Below, in pieces: positions 58,390 through 64,000 of a stretch of 64,000 nt of DNA. Below the pieces are notes generated by a model, which had not been told where the DNA came from, made no database searches, and saw nothing but the letters and a program-made list of their open reading frames with translations. Source of the DNA: Blastocatellia bacterium (GTDB taxonomy: Bacteria > Acidobacteriota > Blastocatellia > UBA7656); NCBI GenBank assembly GCA_045807765.1, contig JBJMGU010000011.1, forward strand, positions 25,398 through 89,397, read 5' to 3'. How positions within the stretch are numbered: position 1 is the stretch's first letter; each line of letters opens with the position of its first letter. The position numbers and the translations under genes were made by a program.

Positions 58390-59784
58390 TCAATAAGGGC
58401 CGTTGAAGGTGCCGCGGCGCAGGAATTGGCCGGCACCCTGACGGCCCCGATACTCGCCGTCTTCGATCACCACCTGACCACGCGACAAGACGGTGCGTGT
58501 GACGCCGCGCACCGTCATTCCTTCATAACAACTGTAGTCAACGTTCATGTGGTGCGTGGCCGCAGAGATCGTCTGCTCCTGTTCGGGATCGAAGATAACG
58601 ATGTCGGCGTCACTGCCTACGGCAATCGTGCCTTTGCGCGGGAACAGGCCGAAGAGCTTGGCGGCGGCGGTCGAAGTCATCTCGACGAAGCGGTTGACGC
58701 TGATCCGGCGGCCCACGACGCCGCCATTGTAGACCAGGCTCATGCGATGCTCGACGCCGGGGCCGCCGTTGGGAATCTTGGTGAAGTCGTCGAGGCCGAG
58801 CGTCTTCTGTTCCTTGAAACAGAACGGGCAGTGATCGGTCGAGATGACTTGCAGGTCATTGCCCGCCAGTCCCTGCCAGAGCTTGTCCTGATTCCACTTC
58901 TCGCGGAGCGGCGGCGTCATCACGTACTTCGCGCCCTCGAATCCTTCCTGCTCATAATGCATGTAATCGAGGAAGAGGTACTGCGGGCAGGTTTCGGCGA
59001 ACGCCGGAAGCCCGAGGTCGCGCGCCTCGCGCACTTCCTGGAGCGCGTCATAACAACTGAGATGGACGATGTAGACAGGGGCCGCGGCCATCTCGGCGAT
59101 GGCGATGGCCCGATGCACGCCCTCGGCTTCGGCTTTGGTCGGGCGGGTCAACGCATGGTACTTGGGCGCGGTGTGGCCTTCGGCGAGCGCATGGCGGATG
59201 ATCTCATTAATGACGATGCCGTTCTCGGCGTGCATGCAGATCAGGCCGCCGCTACTGCCTGCGACTTTCATGGCGCGGAAGATGGTCGCATCATCTACAA
59301 GAAAGACGCCGGGATAGGCCATAAACATTTTGAAGCTCGTCACGCCTTCGCGGATGAGCTGCTTCATCTCAGGAATCTTCTCGTCGGGTAGATCCGTGGT
59401 GATCAGGTGAAAGCCGTAATCGACGACCGGCTTGCCTTCGGCCTTCTGATGCCAGTTGTCGACGGCTTGAACGAGCGACTCGCCTTTGTACTGCACGGCG
59501 AAATCGATGATCGTCGTCGTCCCGCCGTGGGCGGCGGCCCGCGTGCCTGTGTGGAAGTCGTCCGACGAAGAGGTGCCGCCGAAAGGCAACTCCATGTGAG
59601 TATGCGGATCGATGCCGCCGGGGATGACCAGCATGCCTGTGGCATCAATCGTCTTGTCGACTTCGCCGACGATCTGGGCAAGGTTCTTGCCGATCACGGT
59701 GATGGTTTCGTCTTCGACAAGCACGTCGGCCAGATAATCATCGACCGCCGTAACGATGCGTCCGTTTTCAATCAAAAGTCTCAT
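58390..59784 (-). CDS. Dihydropyrimidinase / D-hydantoinase (cyclic amidohydrolase)
   Basis: Metal-binding signature GGIDPHTHMELPF, carboxylated-Lys region VTSFKMFMAY and a full-length amidohydrolase fold. The start is at MRLLIENGRIV; the ORF track extends to 59847. Confidence 0.85.
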   Translation of the reverse strand: MRLLIENGRIVTAVDDYLADVLVEDETITVIGKNLAQIVGEVDKTIDATGMLVIPGGIDPHTHMELPFGGTSSSDDFHTGTRAAAHGGTTTIIDFAVQYKGESLVQAVDNWHQKAEGKPVVDYGFHLITTDLPDEKIPEMKQLIREGVTSFKMFMAYPGVFLVDDATIFRAMKVAGSSGGLICMHAENGIVINEIIRHALAEGHTAPKYHALTRPTKAEAEGVHRAIAIAEMAAAPVYIVHLSCYDALQEVREARDLGLPAFAETCPQYLFLDYMHYEQEGFEGAKYVMTPPLREKWNQDKLWQGLAGNDLQVISTDHCPFCFKEQKTLGLDDFTKIPNGGPGVEHRMSLVYNGGVVGRRISVNRFVEMTSTAAAKLFGLFPRKGTIAVGSDADIVIFDPEQEQTISAATHHMNVDYSCYEGMTVRGVTRTVLSRGQVVIEDGEYRGRQGAGQFLRRGTFNGPY

Positions 59785-59806
59785 GGTCTGCCCTCGCCGA
59801 GAATTT

Positions 59807-60268
59807 GCCACAAAGGCACCAAGGCACAAAGATTCACAAAGATTCACATGATGAATCTTCTGATGCCGCTCTTAATGAAAGTCACTCTGAAGTTGATAAG
59901 AAAACCCAACCGTTTACCGGTGAGTTTAAGGTGACTGAGTACTTGCGCTTCCCAAACTGGATTGACTTGTTCAACGGCCTTCAATTCGCAGATAACCAGA
60001 TCATCTACTAGGACATCTAGCCGAAGCCCTTCGTTGAAAACGATCCCATCGTAAACAATCGGTATATCAACTTGTCTTTTGTATGGCAGTCCGCGCTTGC
60101 TCAATTCATGACAAAAGCATATTTCGTAAACCTTTTCCAACAAGCCAGGGTCTAGCTGCTTATGGACTGTATAAGCCGCCCCCACAATCGCTTTGCCGAC
60201 GTCTTCTTCTTGATGGGATAAAGGTATAAATCCCATAGTGATTCTTTGTGCCTTTGTGTCTTTGTGGC
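59807..60268. repeat. Hairpin element, family E, copy E2, whose about 390-bp loop is exactly the GxxExxY gene
   Basis: Left arm gccacaaaggcaccaaggcacaaagattcacaaagattcaca (59807-59848). Right arm tgattctttgtgcctttgtgtctttgtggc (60239-60268) is its imperfect reverse complement. The interior is AT-richer than the flanks. Confidence 0.75.
59844..60236 (-). CDS. GxxExxY protein (PD-(D/E)XK nuclease-like small protein family)
   Basis: 130 aa: MGFIPLSHQEEDVGKAIVGAAYTVHKQLDPGLLEKVYEICFCHELSKRGLPYKRQVDIPIVYDGIVFNEGLRLDVLVDDLVICELKAV... It contains the eponymous G-x-x-E-x-x-Y (GLLEKVY) and a D...(D/E)xK-like core. The ORF track extends the N-terminus to 60341 through the repeat arm. Confidence 0.7.
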   Translation of the reverse strand: MGFIPLSHQEEDVGKAIVGAAYTVHKQLDPGLLEKVYEICFCHELSKRGLPYKRQVDIPIVYDGIVFNEGLRLDVLVDDLVICELKAVEQVNPVWEAQVLSHLKLTGKRLGFLINFRVTFIKSGIRRFIM

Positions 60269-60276
60269 AAGCTGTT

Positions 60277-61587
60277 TTACAGCGCCGCGAACGCGCCGTC
60301 GAGCGCCGTGACCAGCTCGTCAATATCCGCTTTGCTCGCAATCAACGGCGGCCCCAGGCGGATGACGTTGCCGTAAAGGCCGCCCTTGCCAATCAGCACG
60401 CCGCGCCGCCGCGTTTCTTCAAAGACACGCACTACCGATTCGGCGTCAGGCTGTTTGGTCGTGCGGTCTTTGACGCATTCAATCGCCTGCATCAAGCCCA
60501 TGCCGCGCACATCGCCAATCACCTGATACTTGTCTTTCAGCTCTTCGAGCCGTGCGCGCAAGTAGCCGCCGACTTCGCGGGCGTTGCGCGGCAGGTCGTT
60601 CTCTTCGATGACGCGGATCGTCGCCAGCGCCGCCGCCGCTGTCACAGGGTTGCCGCCAAAAGTCGAAAACGTCAGCGACGGGTACTTGTCGGCGATCTCC
60701 GACAGCGCCGTCGTGCAGCCGATGGGCGAGCCGTTCGCCATGCCTTTGGCAAAGGTCATCACTTCGGGCTCGACTTCCCAATGCTCGATGCCGCACCAGT
60801 GATCGCCTGTGCGTCCCCAGCCGGTCTGCACTTCGTCGCAGATGTAGATGCCGCCGTAACGGCGAACGATTTCAGTGACCACTTTGAAATAATCTTTCGG
60901 CGGCGTGATGAAGCCGCCGACTCCCATGATCGGCTCGGCGATGAAGGCGGCGATCTCTCCCGTTGTCGAAGTCTGAATCAGCTCTTCGACATCGCGGGCG
61001 CATTCCAGGGCGCACGATTCGGGATTGAGGTTGAACGGGCAGCGATAACAATAAGGCGCATGGGCATGGACGATGCCGGGGACCAGCGACGGCCCGTGCT
61101 TCCACGTCGAATGCCCGGTCGCCGTCATGTTCATCACCGAGCGCCCGTGATAGGCGTGGCGCAGGGCGATGATTTCGGTGCGCCCGGTGTAGAGCCGCGC
61201 CAGCACCATCGCGGTCTCGTCGGCTTCGGTGCCGCTGCTGGTGAAGAAGCTCTTCTGCAAGCGGCCCGGCGTAATCTCGGCCACTTTCGCGGCCAGATCG
61301 GCTTGCGGGCGGTTGATGTAGAGCGTCGAGGTATGAGCGATGGCGCCGGCCTGACGGCTGATGGCTTCGACGACTTCCGGGCGCGCGTGGCCGACCGATG
61401 TCGTCAACACGCCGCCAAAGCAGTCGAGGTAGCGGTTGCCTTCGGTATCCCAGACCTGCATGCCTTCGCCGCGTTCGAGCGCGATTGGCTCTTTATAATA
61501 AGTCGCAGCGCAGGGCCAGATGTACTCTTTCTGTTTGGCAACGAGGTCGTCGGTTGCAGGTTGCGTCGTCGGATTTTGTGCGGCCAT
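60277..61587 (-). CDS. Class-III PLP-dependent aminotransferase (beta-alanine/omega-amino acid--pyruvate transaminase-like, AGXT2-like)
   Basis: 436 aa with the PLP-lysine region TFAKGMANGSP and conserved DEVQTGWGRTG. Confidence 0.85.
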   Translation of the reverse strand: MAAQNPTTQPATDDLVAKQKEYIWPCAATYYKEPIALERGEGMQVWDTEGNRYLDCFGGVLTTSVGHARPEVVEAISRQAGAIAHTSTLYINRPQADLAAKVAEITPGRLQKSFFTSSGTEADETAMVLARLYTGRTEIIALRHAYHGRSVMNMTATGHSTWKHGPSLVPGIVHAHAPYCYRCPFNLNPESCALECARDVEELIQTSTTGEIAAFIAEPIMGVGGFITPPKDYFKVVTEIVRRYGGIYICDEVQTGWGRTGDHWCGIEHWEVEPEVMTFAKGMANGSPIGCTTALSEIADKYPSLTFSTFGGNPVTAAAALATIRVIEENDLPRNAREVGGYLRARLEELKDKYQVIGDVRGMGLMQAIECVKDRTTKQPDAESVVRVFEETRRRGVLIGKGGLYGNVIRLGPPLIASKADIDELVTALDGAFAAL

Positions 61588-61669
61588 CGAATCCTCCAGT
61601 CTGATGATTAATGCGATATGTGAAAGCGCGATTATTTAACTACAGGCGATGGCAGGCGTCAATCTAGGG

Positions 61670-62824
61670 CTAGACCTTGTTGGCCTTCAGCTCGGCGAGC
61701 GAGTAATGCGTATCGCGCCAGTTGATGCCGTCATTCTGTATCGTCTTGCGCGTCGCGTTCCACATCAGGTAGAGGAACAGCAAAACCGCAAAAGGGAAGA
61801 GCAGGGCATACCGGCGGCGCGCGCCGACCAGCCGCGCGCCGCGCGCGTAGCCCGCCATCACGATCAACACAGAGGCCAGGTTCAGCCACCGCGTCGCGCC
61901 ATGCGTCACAAACACGCCGATGAAAGGCCAGAGGAACCAGACGAGTTGCAGCAGCGCCCCACCCGCCACGAGCGCCAGGCTGTATTCAAGCCCCGCGAAG
62001 AAATTCTTCTCCGTGCCGGCAATCAGCTCGCGCACGGATGCGTACCATTCGACAGAGATCATGCCGACGCCATGCAACACCTCTTGCCGGTAGCCGCTCT
62101 GCTTAAGCACCTTGCCGAGCTTCATGTCGTCATCAGGCCGCATGCGAATCTTTTGATGACCGCCGATCTGACGATAGGCTTCCGCCCGCACCAGATTGAA
62201 TGCGCCAATGCCGATGAAGCGCGAGCTGCGCGGGTCCGCCGCCTTCCAGGGTTTCGCGAAAAGCGCAAAGAACAGGCCGAAGACGCCGAGAAAAGCATTC
62301 AACATCACGCCCGGCATATGTCCTTCCGGCCCCATCGTAATGTGGTCGCGGCGTTCGCGCTCGGCATAGCTCACGGCTCGCCGGATCGCCGTCGGATGCA
62401 TGATGATGTCCGCATCGGTGAATAGAAGAAAGTCGCCCGTCGCCTGCCGCGCCGCGAAGTCGAGCGCGTGATTCTTGCCGAGCCAGCCCGGCGGCAGCTC
62501 CGTGATGTGCAGCGGGCGCAGCCGCACGTTGCGTGCGGCCATGCGGTCGAGGATGCCGCCCGTCTCGTCGGTCGAGCGGTCGTCGGCGACAATGACTTCG
62601 AGCGGGGAGTAATCTTGATTGAGCACTGACTGCAAGGCTTCTTCGATGTGGCGGGCCTCGTTGCGGGCGGCGATGACGACAGAGACGCGCGGCCAGACCG
62701 TTTGTTCGAGCGATGCGATATCTTTAAGTGAACGGATGCGCCGGTTGCCCTGCCATAGATCGATGGTCATGAGGACGTAAGCTACGACCGTGACGGCGGC
62801 GAGATAGAACAGAAATTTTCCCAT
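61670..62824 (-). CDS. Family 2 glycosyltransferase (membrane-associated)
   Basis: GT2 motifs VSVVIAARNEARHIEEALQSVLNQDY, DDRSTDET and DADIIMHP, with C-terminal TM helices. The start is at MGKFLFYL; the ORF-track extension to 62908 is read-through of repeat A3. Coordinates +/-1. Confidence 0.8.
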   Translation of the reverse strand: MGKFLFYLAAVTVVAYVLMTIDLWQGNRRIRSLKDIASLEQTVWPRVSVVIAARNEARHIEEALQSVLNQDYSPLEVIVADDRSTDETGGILDRMAARNVRLRPLHITELPPGWLGKNHALDFAARQATGDFLLFTDADIIMHPTAIRRAVSYAERERRDHITMGPEGHMPGVMLNAFLGVFGLFFALFAKPWKAADPRSSRFIGIGAFNLVRAEAYRQIGGHQKIRMRPDDDMKLGKVLKQSGYRQEVLHGVGMISVEWYASVRELIAGTEKNFFAGLEYSLALVAGGALLQLVWFLWPFIGVFVTHGATRWLNLASVLIVMAGYARGARLVGARRRYALLFPFAVLLFLYLMWNATRKTIQNDGINWRDTHYSLAELKANKV

Positions 62825-62918
<94 letters not shown>

Positions 62919-62924
<6 letters not shown>

Positions 62925-64000
62925 GTAGTTGATGTAAACGGTCTTGGCCTCTGTGTAGAAATCCAGCACCGCGTCGCCGACTTCGCGCCCGCCGTAACCG
63001 CTCTCTTTGATGCCGCCGAACGGCGCGTGCGAATAGCCGCCGACGCCTGGGCGGTTGACATGCACCATGCCCGATTCGATGCGCTCGGCGAACTGGAAGA
63101 CGCGCCCGACGTCGCGCGTGAAGATCGAAGCCGTCAGCCCATAGCGCACCGCGTTGGCAATCCGCAGCGCTTCGTCCAGGTCGGCGGCGCGGATCACCGC
63201 CAGCACCGGCCCGAAGATTTCTTCGCGGGCAATTTCCATGTCGGGCTGCGCTTCGATAACCGTCGGCGGAAAGAAGAAGCCGCGCTCCAGGCCATCGCCC
63301 TGCATCGCTTCACCGCCTGTGCAGAAGCGCGCCTGTTCGCGGCGGCCCGATTCGATGTAGCGCGCCACGCCCGCCATCGCCCGCTCGTCCACCAGCGGCC
63401 CCATCTCGATGCCCGTTTGCATGCCTGGCCCTGTGCGAAACGCGGCGGCGCGCGCGACCAGCCGCTCAAGGAACTGGTCATAAATATCACCGACGACGAT
63501 GGCGCGGCTGGTCGCCGTGCAGCGCTGGCCGGTTGCGCCAAAAGCGCCCGCCGCCGCTCCCGCCACCGCCATGTCGAGGTCGGCGTCTTCGAGGATGATC
63601 TGCGGGTTCTTGCCGCCCAGCTCCAATTGCAATTTTAATAAGCGGTCGCTCGCGGCTCGCGCGATCAGCTTGCCGACTTTGGTCGAGCCGGTAAACGACA
63701 CACCGCGTACCCTTTCGTTGGTAATCAATTCTTCGCCCGGCTCGGCATCGCCATGCACCAGATTGACGACGCCTGCCGGCAGGCCGACTTCTTCGAGGCC
63801 GCGCACCAGCATTGCCGCGGTCATCGGCGTCAGCGGCGACGGCTTCAACACGCAGGTATTGCCGGCAACCAGCGCCGGTGCCAGCTTCCACACAGGGATG
63901 GCCACAGGGAAATTCCACGGGCTGATCAAGCCGACGACGCCGAGCGGCTGAGTGTTCGTGTAGCAAAAGATACTGTCGTCTTCCGAAGGAAGGACGCGCC
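62919..64000 (-). CDS. NAD(P)-dependent aldehyde dehydrogenase (C-terminal portion; N-terminus beyond the window end), possibly malonate/methylmalonate-semialdehyde dehydrogenase
   Basis: ALDH motifs ELGGKNP, the catalytic Cys region GQRCTATSR, and EEIFGPV. The ORF-track start at 63929 is an internal TTG and the frame is open to the window edge. Confidence 0.85.

Overview
This is a 64 kb high-GC (about 62-64%) bacterial chromosomal segment, most likely from Acidobacteriota. That assignment is inferred from three ADOP-type MacB/FtsX orphan permeases with a PadR regulator, a CarbopepD_reg-type TonB-dependent receptor, several ECF sigma modules and a Ser/Thr kinase. I count about 39 protein-coding genes. 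Housekeeping genes are gltX, glnS, a pgpH-ybeY-corC-era operon, prmA, rsmE, queG and cspA. Envelope or secreted proteins include an FG-GAP/IPT protein, a TonB-dependent receptor, a VIT-vWA protein, a 1647-aa beta-propeller/BNR/DUF11 surface protein, a LecA-like lectin protein and a GH19-like muramidase with an in-frame stop. Regulatory genes include three ECF sigma/anti-sigma modules, a TPR-CHAT protein, an ECF-STK pair, PadR and a KaiC-like-REC-degenerate-GGDEF protein. Catabolic genes include a PaaK-like ligase and a dihydropyrimidinase/class-III aminotransferase/ALDH set. I found no rRNA, tRNA or CRISPR array by eye. The most unusual features: (1) at least ten hairpin elements built from tandem 7-9-mer repeats sit at gene 3' ends, often overlapping stop codons; one was hit by an IS5-family element and one carries a GxxExxY gene exactly in its loop. 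(2) An identical promoter/operator (TTGACC-N17-TAGAAT overlapping a TAGAATCCT-N8-AGGATTCTA palindrome) is present in inverted copies, driving padR-ADOP on one side and a padR-less tandem ADOP pair on the other, with a remnant of a deleted padR 3' end. (3) A novel-looking KaiC-like ATPase-REC-degenerate-GGDEF protein lies between the two operator copies. (4) Two tandem small ORFs (a Cys-rich 58-aa peptide and a 22-aa hydrophobic peptide) sit in a structured 640-bp spacer. ORFs truncated at the window edges are absent from the supplied ORF track and were found by manual translation. Coordinates near 62820-62925 may be off by +/-1.
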